A stretch of 64,000 nt of DNA. It comes from Verrucomicrobiota bacterium. Its GTDB lineage: Bacteria > Verrucomicrobiota > Verrucomicrobiia > Opitutales > Opitutaceae. Within the stretch, counting starts at the first letter, position 1, and the number at the start of each line of letters is the position of its first letter. Made by a program: the position numbers and the translations under genes. The DNA lies in NCBI GenBank assembly GCA_030601755.1, contig JAUWBF010000003.1:31899-95898 (forward strand), read 5' to 3'. Shown piece by piece: positions 17,518-25,741 of the stretch. The notes beneath the pieces are model-generated. The model saw only the letters and a list, made by a program, of their open reading frames with translations. It had not been told where the DNA came from and did not search any database.

Positions 17518-18855
17518 TCAGATGTGGCGCAGGAAGATGCTCTCGTAGAGCTCCTGTTTGCCGCTGGCGGGCGTGACCTCGCCTTGGGCGTGCGCGATCT
17601 TGTGCAGGTCGGCGAGGCTGAGCTTGCCGTCCTCGTAGGCCTTGCCGTCGCCGGCGTCGAAGGAGGCGTAGCGGGCCTTGAGCATGCCGGGGAGCTCGGA
17701 CTTGGTGAGGATCTTCTCGGCGGCGATGGCGGCGCGGGCGAAGGCGTCCATGCCCTGCACATGCGCGATGAAGAGGTCGTCGAGGTCGGTGGAGTTGCGA
17801 CGGATCTTGGCGTCGAAGTTGACGCCGCCATGGGTGAAACCGCCGGCCTTGAAGATGACCATCATGGCCTCGGTCAGCTCAAGCGGATCGACGGGGAACT
17901 GGTCGGTGTCCCAGCCGTTCTGGGCGTCGCCGCGGTTGGCGTCGATGCTGCCGAGCTTGCCGGCGTCGGCCGCGAGCTGCAGCTCGTGCGGGAAGGTGTG
18001 GCCGGCGAGCGTGGCGTGGTTGACCTCGATGTTGAGCGCGAAGTCGTCGAGCAAGCCGTGCTTGCCGAGGAAGCCGAGCACGGTGGCCGCGTCGTAGTCA
18101 TATTGATGCTTGGTGGGCTCGCAGGGCTTGGGCTCGATGAAGAACTTGCCCTTGAAACCGTTGGCGCGGGCGTAGTCGCGGGCGATGGTGAGGAAGCGGG
18201 CGAGGTGCGCCTGCTCGCGCTTCATGTCGGTGTTGAGCAGGGAGAGGTAGCCCTCGCGGCCGCCCCAGAACACGTAGCCTTCACCGCCGAGCTTGATGGT
18301 GGCGTCGATGGCGCCCTTGAGCTGGCCGCCGGCGCGGGCGAGGATGGAGAACTCGGGGTTGGTGGACGCGCCGTTCATGAAGCGCGGATTGCTGAAGAGG
18401 TTGGCGGTGCCCCAGAGCAGCTTCACGCCGGAGGCCTTTTGCTTCTCGGCGAGGTAGTCGGTGATGACGGCCATGCGCGACTCGAACTCGGCGAGCGTGG
18501 TGCCGGCCTCGTCGACGATGTCGGTGTCATGGAAACAGTAATACGGGGCGCCGAGCTTGGTGATGAACTCGAAGGCGGCGTCGGCCTTGTCCTTGGCGCG
18601 TTGGATCGGGTCGGCCGCGGCGAGCCAGGGCATCGGACGGGTGGGCGCGCCGAACGGGTCGGCGCCGTTGCCACAGAAGCCGTGCCAGTAGGAGACGGCG
18701 AAGCGCATCCACTCGGCGAGTGGTTTGCCCATGACGACGCGGTTGGCGTCGTAGTAGCGGAAGGCGAGCGGGTTGGTGGAGTCGACGCCCTCGAAGGCGA
18801 TCGGGGCGACGTCGGGGAAGTAGGCCTTGGAGCCGATGGTGGGTTTGGTGGACAT
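17518..18855 (-). CDS. xylA: xylose isomerase
   Basis: 445 aa: FRYYDANRVVMGKPLAEWMRFAVSYWH...FCFHD.D...FIEPKPCEPTKHQYDYD...NIEVNHATLAGHTF. Confidence 0.95.
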   Translation of the reverse strand: MSTKPTIGSKAYFPDVAPIAFEGVDSTNPLAFRYYDANRVVMGKPLAEWMRFAVSYWHGFCGNGADPFGAPTRPMPWLAAADPIQRAKDKADAAFEFITKLGAPYYCFHDTDIVDEAGTTLAEFESRMAVITDYLAEKQKASGVKLLWGTANLFSNPRFMNGASTNPEFSILARAGGQLKGAIDATIKLGGEGYVFWGGREGYLSLLNTDMKREQAHLARFLTIARDYARANGFKGKFFIEPKPCEPTKHQYDYDAATVLGFLGKHGLLDDFALNIEVNHATLAGHTFPHELQLAADAGKLGSIDANRGDAQNGWDTDQFPVDPLELTEAMMVIFKAGGFTHGGVNFDAKIRRNSTDLDDLFIAHVQGMDAFARAAIAAEKILTKSELPGMLKARYASFDAGDGKAYEDGKLSLADLHKIAHAQGEVTPASGKQELYESIFLRHI

Positions 18856-18877
18856 GGCGGGTATGGGTTGAAAAGGA

Positions 18878-18959
18878 GAACGGACATTCCTGTCCGTTCA
18901 GTTTGGTTTGAAGTGGGGGGAGAGTTGCCGGCGTCATGAACGGACAGGAATGTCCGTTC
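18878..18959. repeat. pair of 22-nt hairpin repeats in opposite orientation (GAACGGACA-N4-TGTCCGTTC) in the xylB-xylA spacer
   Basis: 18878-18899 is GAACGGACATTCCTGTCCGTTC. 18938-18959 is GAACGGACAGGAATGTCCGTTC, its reverse complement. Confidence 0.9.
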
Positions 18960-18969
18960 TCCGTCGTCA

Positions 18970-20451
18970 TCAGGAGAGCGCCTTGGCGAGTGCGGCCTCC
19001 CAGCGGGCGGCGGCTTCGCGGCAGGGTTCGACGAGGGCGGGTTTCGGGTCGATGGTTTCAAGCACCGTCAGGCCGGCGAAGGCCTCGGCGTTGCTCTTGA
19101 AGATGCCCGCGCCGAGACCGGCTCCGCGGGCGGCGCCGGCGGCGCCGTCGGTCGAGACGAGCTCGATGCTGACGCCGAGCGTGGCCGCGAGGGTGTCGCG
19201 GAAGATCGGGCTCAAAAACAGATTGGCGTTGCCCGCGCGGATCTTGGCGGGGGAGAGACTGGTGGCCTTCATGCCGGCGATGCCGTGGCTGAAGGCGAAG
19301 GCGATGCCCTCCTGCGCGGCGCGCACGAGGTGGCCGTTGCCGTGCTGGAGGAAGTCGAGGCCGACGACCTGCGCCCCGACGCGGCGGTTGCCGAGCATGC
19401 GCTCGGCGCCGTTGCCGAAGGGGAGGATGCTCAGGCCCGCGCTGCCGGCGGGCACGGCGGTGGCCAGGTCGTTGAGTTGTGAATACGAGAGGCCGGCGCC
19501 GAGGGTGCGGCGCAGCCACGCGTAGAGGATGCCGGTGCCGTTGATGCAGAGCAGCACGCCGACGCGCGGGTCGGTCGCGGTGTGGTTGACGTGGGCGAAG
19601 CCGTTGACGCGGCTCAGCGGATCAAAGGCGAGGCGGTCGGAGACGCCGTAAACGACGCCGGAGGTGCCGCCGGTCGCGGCGATCTCGCCGGGCTGGAGGA
19701 CATTGAGCGAAAAGGCGTTGTTGGGCTGGTCGCCGGCGCGGTAGGCGACGGGGATGCCCGCGGGAAGGCCCAGCTCGGCGGCGACGGAGCCGAGGACCGC
19801 GGCCTGCCGGCCAAAGGTCGGCGTGAGCGCGGCAAGCAGAGACGGGTCGATGCCCCAGTGCCGGAGGAGAAAGTCGGCGGGCGCGTTCTTGGAAAAGTCC
19901 CACAACGTGCCTTCGGAGAGGCCCGAAGCGGTGGTCTGCGCCTCGCCCGTCAGACGCAACGCGAGGTAGTCGCCCGGCAGCATGATCTTGCGGATGCGGG
20001 CAAAGACCTCGGGTTCGTTTTGCTTCACCCAAGCGAGCTTGGACGCGGTGAAGTTGCCGGGAGAGTTGAGCAGGCGGCCGAGGCAGGTGTCGGCGCCGAG
20101 GGCGGCGAAGGCCTGCGCGCCGGTTTCGACGGCGCGGCTGTCGCACCAGATGATGGCGGGGCGCACGGGCTGCATGTTCGCGTCGAGGGTCACGAGGCCG
20201 TGCATCTGATAGGAGATGCCGATGGCGGCGACCGCCGAGCCGTCCTGCCCGGCGAGGGCGGCGCGCACGGCCTTGACGGCGTGCTCCCACCACATGGCGG
20301 GGTCTTGCTCGGCCCAGCCTGGGCGTGACGCGGCGATGGGCAGTTCCTCGCCCTGCGGAGACTGCGCGGAGGAGACGATGCGACCGGTGGAGGCGTCGAC
20401 GAGAGAGGCTTTGACGGCGGAGCTGCCGAGATCGATTCCGAGGAGGAACAT
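18970..20451 (-). CDS. xylB: xylulokinase (FGGY carbohydrate kinase)
   Basis: 493 aa: MFLLGIDLGSSAVKASLVD...GWAEQDPAMWW...GISYQMHGLV...GGTSGVVYG. Lies upstream of xylA. Confidence 0.85.
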   Translation of the reverse strand: MFLLGIDLGSSAVKASLVDASTGRIVSSAQSPQGEELPIAASRPGWAEQDPAMWWEHAVKAVRAALAGQDGSAVAAIGISYQMHGLVTLDANMQPVRPAIIWCDSRAVETGAQAFAALGADTCLGRLLNSPGNFTASKLAWVKQNEPEVFARIRKIMLPGDYLALRLTGEAQTTASGLSEGTLWDFSKNAPADFLLRHWGIDPSLLAALTPTFGRQAAVLGSVAAELGLPAGIPVAYRAGDQPNNAFSLNVLQPGEIAATGGTSGVVYGVSDRLAFDPLSRVNGFAHVNHTATDPRVGVLLCINGTGILYAWLRRTLGAGLSYSQLNDLATAVPAGSAGLSILPFGNGAERMLGNRRVGAQVVGLDFLQHGNGHLVRAAQEGIAFAFSHGIAGMKATSLSPAKIRAGNANLFLSPIFRDTLAATLGVSIELVSTDGAAGAARGAGLGAGIFKSNAEAFAGLTVLETIDPKPALVEPCREAAARWEAALAKALS

Positions 20452-20549
20452 GACGGGGTGGGAAAGCGGCTTACCCTAGCAGGAGTCGCGGGGGCGCGCC
20501 TTAACAAAAGGAACCGGATTTTGAGTCCGTTAGCACAAAAGGAATAAAA

Positions 20550-21446
20550 TCAGGTGCGGGCGCGTCGGCGATACTCGGTGGGCGTGCTGCCGGTGGTTTC
20601 GCGGAACTTGCGGGCGAAGTAGTTGCTGTCGCCGAAGCCGCAGCGCAGGGCGATGTCGGTCATGCCGAGGTCGGAGTGCCGGAGCTGGCGCTTGGCGTTT
20701 TCGACGCGCAGGCCGATCAAAAACTCGACGGGCGAGCGTCCGGTGGCCTGACGAAAGACGCGCAGCAAATTGGCGCGGGTGAGGTGGGCGAGCGCGGCCA
20801 TGGACTCGAGCGTCCATTCCTCGTCGTAGCGTTGTTCGAGCGTGCTGATGAGGCGTCCCACGCGGAGCAGGGCGCGGCTTTCGCGGGCCTCGCTGTCGCC
20901 GTAGCGACGTGAGAGAAACACCATGAGTTCGACCAGCAGGCTGAGCAGCACGGCTTCGTGTCCCGGCCGGCGGGCGGCGGCCTCCCGCTCCATTCGCTCG
21001 GCGAGGGCCTCGGCGGCGCCCAGGTCCTCGCGGTCGAGTTCGAGGCGGCTGGAGAATTTGTGCGCGCTGCGAAAGGTCGGCTCGAGCATGAAGAGCGCGC
21101 TGTAGCCGGGCAGGCGGCGCAGCAGGCCGGAGGGCAGGGACAGGCGGCCGGGGTCATACATGACGTTGACCAGCTCGAGGTCGACGCGGTCGCGGAAGCA
21201 GTGGACCTGGCTGCCTTGCACGACGAACACGTTGCCCGCGGAGACGGGGAAGGACTCGCCCTCGAGCACATGGCGGCCGCGCCCGGCGGTCACGAGCACG
21301 AGTTCGCAAAAATCGTGGTAATGGTCGATTTCGGTGACGTCGTGGGCGTGCGAGGGCCGCCCGCCCGGCTCGGTGTGCACGTGCAACGCGGTGACGGGAA
21401 AACCGTCCGCGCCAAAGTAGTCCGTGCCTTTCGCCAGAATCGGCAT
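20550..21446 (-). CDS. AraC family transcriptional regulator (cupin N-domain plus HTH)
   Basis: 298 aa. C-terminus: WTLESMAALAHLTRANLLRVFRQATGRSPVEFLIGLRVENAKRQLRHSDLGMTDIALRCGFGDSNYFARKFRETTGSTPTEYR. Confidence 0.85.
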   Translation of the reverse strand: MPILAKGTDYFGADGFPVTALHVHTEPGGRPSHAHDVTEIDHYHDFCELVLVTAGRGRHVLEGESFPVSAGNVFVVQGSQVHCFRDRVDLELVNVMYDPGRLSLPSGLLRRLPGYSALFMLEPTFRSAHKFSSRLELDREDLGAAEALAERMEREAAARRPGHEAVLLSLLVELMVFLSRRYGDSEARESRALLRVGRLISTLEQRYDEEWTLESMAALAHLTRANLLRVFRQATGRSPVEFLIGLRVENAKRQLRHSDLGMTDIALRCGFGDSNYFARKFRETTGSTPTEYRRRART

Positions 21447-21542
21447 GCGGGTATTAGCACAAAATATTTCGCCGCGGGCAAGCGAGGTCTGGCGGAGGTG
21501 TCGGGGCGTGCGCTGATCCCCATTGTGATGGGAACTGAATTT

Positions 21543-21790
21543 TTAACGCAAAGGCGCGGAGGCGCGAAGGCGTGAAGGGGCGCAAAGGGTGGGGAAATTT
21601 CTGGTCGGGTTGGTGGCACCGGCTACCAGTCTGGGACCTGCGGGCTTGGGGCCTGTGAATTGGCGGCCATCCCTCGGCTCACGCCTCGGGCCACGGTCTG
21701 TCTTTCTCGTGGCCCCGAGCGTGAGCTCGGGGATGGGGCGGCGCTACTTGTCTTCAGGCCCTTTGCGCCTCGGCGTCTTTGCGCAAAAAA
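21543..21790. repeat. MITE-like element: REP family 1 arms (TTAACGCAAAGGCGC...) in inverted orientation around an internal long hairpin
   Basis: Left arm 21543-21590: TTAACGCAAAGGCGCGGAGGCGCGAAGGCGTGAAGGGGCGCAAAGGG. Right arm 21758-21790: GGCCCTTTGCGCCTCGGCGTCTTTGCGCAAAA. Internal imperfect ~25-bp inverted repeat: CCCTCGGCTCACGCCTCGGGCCACG / CGTGGCCCCGAGCGTGAGCTCGGGG. Confidence 0.7.
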
Positions 21791-21812
21791 GCCCCCGCGC
21801 AACGGCGGGGGC
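21785..21812 (-). terminator. intrinsic terminator of mdh
   Basis: Minus strand reads GCCCCCGC-CGTTGC-GCGGGGGC followed by TTTTTT. Confidence 0.8.
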
Positions 21813-21849
21813 TTTGGGCATACAGGGGGGAATCGTATTGGCAGTCCGG

Positions 21850-22833
21850 TTACAGCATGTCGGCGACAGCGGCGCGCTCCTCGACGAGCTCCTGGTTGGT
21901 GGCGGCGAGCTTGGACTTGGCGAAGTCGCACATGTCGTAGCCTTCGATGACCTCGTAGCTGCCGGGCGTGGTGGTCTTCACCGGCATGCCGGCCCAGACG
22001 TTGGCGTCGAAGCCGTAGCGGCCCTCGCTCTTGACCGCGACGGAGTGGATCTTGCCGGGGGTCATGAGGTCGCGCACGTGGTCGACGAGGGCGTTGGCGG
22101 CCGAGGCGGCCGAGGAGAGGCCGCGGGCGGCGATGATGGCCGCGCCGCGTTTGCCGACGGTCTCGCAGAAGGGGCCGCGCAGCCAGTCCTTGTCGCCGAT
22201 GACCTCGACGGCCGGCTTGCCGCCGATGGTGGCGTGCTTGAAGGCCGGGAACATGGTCGGGCTGTGGTTGCCGTAGATGAAGATGTTGGCGACTTCGGTG
22301 AGGTCGACGCCGGCCTTCTTGGCGAGCTGGGCCTGGGCGCGGTTTTGGTCGAGGCGCACCATGGCGGTGAAGCGGTCGGCGGTGAGGCGTTTGGCCTGCG
22401 AGGCGGCGATCATGCAGTTCGTGTTGGCGGGGTTGCCGACCACGGCGACGCGGGCGTTGTCCGCGGCGACCTCGTCGATGATCTTACCCTGGGCGGTGAA
22501 GATCTTGCCGTTGTCCTTGAGCAGGTCGGCGCGCTCCATGCCGGGGCCGCGGGGCTTGGCGCCGACGAGCAGGGACCAGTTGGCGTCCTTGAAACCGACC
22601 TTGGGGTCGTCGGTGAGAACCATGCCCTTGAGCAGGGGGAAGGCGCAGTCGTCGAGTTCCATGGCGACGCCTTCGAGGGCCTTCATGGCTTTCTCGAAGG
22701 GGACCTCGATGAGTTGAAGCACGACGGGTTGGTCGGGACCAAACATCGCGCCGGAGGCGATGCGGAAGAGGAGGGAGTAGCTGATCTGACCGGCTGCACC
22801 GGTGACGGCGACACGGATGGGAGTTTTGCTCAT
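21850..22833 (-). CDS. mdh: malate dehydrogenase (NAD, 327-aa LDH-unlike type)
   Basis: [43 protein letters not shown]...[18 protein letters not shown]...IYGNHS. Confidence 0.95.
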   Translation of the reverse strand: MSKTPIRVAVTGAAGQISYSLLFRIASGAMFGPDQPVVLQLIEVPFEKAMKALEGVAMELDDCAFPLLKGMVLTDDPKVGFKDANWSLLVGAKPRGPGMERADLLKDNGKIFTAQGKIIDEVAADNARVAVVGNPANTNCMIAASQAKRLTADRFTAMVRLDQNRAQAQLAKKAGVDLTEVANIFIYGNHSPTMFPAFKHATIGGKPAVEVIGDKDWLRGPFCETVGKRGAAIIAARGLSSAASAANALVDHVRDLMTPGKIHSVAVKSEGRYGFDANVWAGMPVKTTTPGSYEVIEGYDMCDFAKSKLAATNQELVEERAAVADML

Positions 22834-23048
22834 ACGGGCGCCAGTCTAGCGCGTTTGGCCGCGCGGAGACACGCACCGATTGCGTTTTTCGGCGCAAAAA
22901 TCGCCGTCGCGCCACGCTCGATGCGCGTGCGGCGCATCCGGCGTTCAGGGACCTCGCCGCCGCGCGCGCGGACCCGCTTGGTCGCCTGCCCTGTGTGGCC
23001 TTCCTCCGTCGCCATCACCGACAGCCTCGTCAGTCCCCAAAAACCGAT

Positions 23049-23067
23049 TGTCACTTAATAAGTGACA
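23049..23067. promoter_or_regulatory. perfect 19-bp palindrome TGTCACTTA-A-TAAGTGACA (candidate operator)
   Basis: Read directly. An AT-rich island in a GC-rich spacer between the aroG-type gene's 3' end and the mdh upstream region. Confidence 0.4.
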
Positions 23068-23095
23068 AAATCGAGGGGCAGTTTTTCAGAGGGAA

Positions 23096-23114
23096 TGTCA
23101 CTTATTAAGTGACA
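23096..23114. promoter_or_regulatory. second copy of the palindrome, TGTCACTTA-T-TAAGTGACA
   Basis: Exact reverse complement of the 23049-23067 site, 47 bp away. Confidence 0.4.
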
Positions 23115-23163
23115 AACTGGTCGGTGCGCGGGGGCGGGCGGGCTGGGGAGCCACGCTCGGGCT

Positions 23164-24219
23164 TTAGGCGAAGCGGGGGGCGAGGGCGGCGTGGATGTCG
23201 CGCACGAGTTTTTCGGTCGTGGGCCAGTCGATGCAGCCGTCGGTGATGCTGACGCCGTATTGGAGGTTTTCCTTGGGTTGGGGGAAGGCTTGGTTGCCCG
23301 CGCCGAGGTTGCTTTCGACCATCGCGCCGATGATCGAGGTGCTGCCGGCGGCGACCTGCTGCATGATCTCGGCGACGACCTCGGGCTGGCGCTCGGGTTT
23401 TTTCGAGGAGTTGTCATGCGAGGCGTCGACCATGATGGCGGGGATGAGGCCGGCTTTCCTGAGCACGCTCTCGGTCTCGGCGATGTGGGCGGGCGAGTAG
23501 TTGGGCCCCTTGCTGCCACCGCGGAGGACGACGTGGCAGTTGGGGTTGCCACGGGTGACGACGGCGGCGGCCTGACCCTCGAGGCTGACGCCAAGGAAAG
23601 TCTGGGGCTGCGAGGCGGCCTTGATGGCGTTGATGGCGACGGTAAGGCCGCCGTCTGTGCCGTTCTTGAAGCCGAGCGGCATGGAGAGGCCGGAGGCCAT
23701 CTGGCGGTGGGTCTGCGACTCGGTGGTGCGGGCGCCGATGGCCGACCAGCAGATGAGGTCGGCGATGTATTGCGGGGTGATCGGATCGAGCAGCTCGGTG
23801 GCGGTGGGCAGGCCGAGGTCGAGCACCTGGCGCAGGAAAGTGCGGGCCAGGCGCAGGCCGCCGGCAATGTCGTGGGAGCCGTCGAGATGCGGGTCCATGA
23901 TCAGGCCTTTCCAGCCGACGGTGGTGCGGGGTTTCTCAAAATAGACGCGCATGACGATCATCACGCGGTCGGAGACCTCGGCGGCGAGCGCGGCGAGGCG
24001 GCGGGCGTAATCGAGCCCGGCCTTGGGGTCGTGGATCGAGCAGGGGCCGATCACGAGGAGCAGGCGTTTGTCGTCGGTGAAGATGATGCGGTGGATGTCC
24101 TGCCGGCTGCGGGTGATGAAGTCGCTCTGCTCCGCGCTCTTGGGCAGCTCCTCGAGGAGCTTGGCGGGGGAGGGGAGGGTGCGGGTCTCCACCACGTTGA
24201 TGTCCGAAGTCTTTTGCAT
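23164..24219 (-). CDS. aroG: 3-deoxy-7-phosphoheptulonate (DAHP) synthase, class I (AroF/G/H family)
   Basis: Part of ORF 23164..24357. ATG at 24219 gives MQKTSDINVVETRTLPSPAKLLEELP...LLLVIGPCSIHD...YFEKPRTTVGWKGLI.DP...KNGTDG...MVDASHDNS. The isoenzyme cannot be assigned. Confidence 0.9.
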   Translation of the reverse strand: MQKTSDINVVETRTLPSPAKLLEELPKSAEQSDFITRSRQDIHRIIFTDDKRLLLVIGPCSIHDPKAGLDYARRLAALAAEVSDRVMIVMRVYFEKPRTTVGWKGLIMDPHLDGSHDIAGGLRLARTFLRQVLDLGLPTATELLDPITPQYIADLICWSAIGARTTESQTHRQMASGLSMPLGFKNGTDGGLTVAINAIKAASQPQTFLGVSLEGQAAAVVTRGNPNCHVVLRGGSKGPNYSPAHIAETESVLRKAGLIPAIMVDASHDNSSKKPERQPEVVAEIMQQVAAGSTSIIGAMVESNLGAGNQAFPQPKENLQYGVSITDGCIDWPTTEKLVRDIHAALAPRFA

Positions 24220-24300
24220 GAAGGGTCCAACTTGGCCAAATCGCCGGCCACTCGGCAAGCCTGCGCATCGGAGCGTGCGGCGGGGGATGTTTGCGGGCAC

Positions 24301-24419
24301 AAAAAAACCGCGGCTTTGACCGCGGCGTCGGATTCGGAAAAGAAGTTGGCCGGTCACCTACCCCTAAGTGACCGGCCATTTGCTTTCTTAGTTACCCCAA
24401 AACTCCCGCTAGGCGGGAG
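24301..24419 (-). promoter_or_regulatory. structured 5' leader of the DAHP synthase gene with two terminator-like hairpins
   Basis: The minus strand reads in order: CTCCCGC-CTA-GCGGGAG+UUUU (24419-24399); a 10-bp stem GGCCGGTCAC...GTGACCGGCC (24377-24348); then CCGCGG-TCAAAG-CCGCGG+UUUUUUU (24325-24301). The ATG follows about 80 nt later. Confidence 0.35.
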
Positions 24420-24521
24420 AAGTGAAAAGTTGATGTTGCTAGAGATACAAACCGGCCAAGGCTGGTCAATAGAAAGTTCTCAAAATCTACCAAAATTTCC
24501 CGCAAGCCACTCTTTTTTAAA

Positions 24522-25460
24522 ATGATAGTTGATGAAGATATTTTTCCATGCGCGGCGGTCCGGCAGCCGGTTTTGACTTGGCTGCGGGTGACTGGCGAGG
24601 ATGCCCGGAGCTTCCTGCAGGGGCAATTCACGCAGGACCTGCGGGTTGCGCGAAAAGACGCGGTGGTCCACGGTCTCTGGCTCAACCAAAAGGGCAAGCT
24701 GGTGGCCGACAGCCACGCGCTGCTGGCCGGCGAAAACGAGGTGTTCCTCTGGAGCGAGGCCAGTCCGGAGGCGGTGATCGTGGAGCGGCTGGAGGCCTAC
24801 ATCATCGCCGACGACGTCGTGCTGGAGCCGCTGGCCGCGGGTTGGACGCGCACGACCATCGCGGGCCGGGGCGCGGCGGATTGGGTCAAGGCCCGCCTCG
24901 GCGAACTGCCCCCCGAGGGATGTTTCGCGCGGGTGGGGGACGCGTGGGTTTTTCGTGGCCGGCAGGGCGCGCTCGACGCATGGGAGTGGCTGGCACCGAA
25001 GGGCGGCGGGCCGGATGTCTCGGATATCCAACAACTGGATACGCAGGCGCTGGCACAGGCGCGCGTCGCCGCTGGCGTGGCCTTGATTCCGACGGAGATC
25101 GGTGCGGGCGATCTGCCCAACGAGGCGGGGCTCGACGTGACGGCGGTGTCCTACTCCAAGGGCTGCTACCTCGGGCAGGAGGTGATGGCGCGTCTGAAGT
25201 CGATGGGGCGCGTGCGCCGGCGTCTGTTGCGCGTGTCCGGCGCGGTGGCGGTGCCGCCGTCGTGCCCGGTGTCGCTCTGGCAGGGCGGCAAGGCAGTGGG
25301 TGAGCTGCGCGTGGCCGCGGTGGCGGGTGCCGACGTCGGCGCGGGCGAGGGGCGGTGCGTGGGGTTGGCGATGATCAATCTCTTCAACGTCGACGCGGGC
25401 GCGGGGTTGGCGTTGTCGGTGGACGGGTCCGCGGACTGGCGGTTGGAGGAGCAAATATGA
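24522..25460 (+). CDS. ygfZ: folate-binding YgfZ/GcvT-like protein
   Basis: 312 aa: LRVTGEDARSFLQGQFTQDL...YSKGCYLGQEVMARLKSMGRVRRRL (KGCY.GQE signature). Confidence 0.8.
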   Translation: MIVDEDIFPCAAVRQPVLTWLRVTGEDARSFLQGQFTQDLRVARKDAVVHGLWLNQKGKLVADSHALLAGENEVFLWSEASPEAVIVERLEAYIIADDVVLEPLAAGWTRTTIAGRGAADWVKARLGELPPEGCFARVGDAWVFRGRQGALDAWEWLAPKGGGPDVSDIQQLDTQALAQARVAAGVALIPTEIGAGDLPNEAGLDVTAVSYSKGCYLGQEVMARLKSMGRVRRRLLRVSGAVAVPPSCPVSLWQGGKAVGELRVAAVAGADVGAGEGRCVGLAMINLFNVDAGAGLALSVDGSADWRLEEQI

Positions 25461-25687
25461 GCGAGCGTGATCAGTTGATGAAGCTGTTCCAAAAACTGGG
25501 GGCCGGCGAGGCGCAGGCGGGCGTGATGGCTGACCAGACCATCAAGCGCTGCGATCAGCTCGTGGCCGAGCGCGGCCTGGGTCGCATGGAGGCGATGGCG
25601 CACCTGCTGCAATTGGTGACCAAGGGCAGTCAGGGCGTGGCACCGCCGGGCTTCGAGGGCGTGTCCAAACCGTCGCCGTTCAACTGA
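25457..25687 (+). CDS. small hypothetical protein (76 aa)
   Basis: The ATG overlaps the ygfZ stop (ATGA at 25457-25460). MSERDQLMKLFQKLGAGEAQAGVMADQTIKRCDQLVAERGL... No known domain recognised. Confidence 0.45.
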   Translation: MSERDQLMKLFQKLGAGEAQAGVMADQTIKRCDQLVAERGLGRMEAMAHLLQLVTKGSQGVAPPGFEGVSKPSPFN

Positions 25688-25741
25688 AATCGGCTCGCCA
25701 CGGCGCGGCGGGATGTCTGAGGGTTGGCCCTTCATTTCCGC

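Noticed and set aside
20530-20540. TTAGCAC... as a CIRCE (HrcA) half-site
   Set aside because: Only the first 7 nt resemble TTAGCACTC. There is no inverted partner at N9, and the context is sugar catabolism, not chaperones.
23049-23114. The twin palindromes as intrinsic terminators, or as TyrR boxes
   Set aside because: The stems are AT-rich with a 1-nt centre and no proper U-tract, so they are poor terminators. The TyrR box is TGTAAA-N6-TTTACA (TGT-N12-ACA), whereas these are TGT-N13-ACA with different half-sites.
24392-24697. 101-aa minus ORF as a leader peptide for DAHP synthase attenuation
   Set aside because: It is mostly antisense to ygfZ and is not enriched in Phe/Tyr/Trp runs. No short aromatic-rich leader ORF was found.
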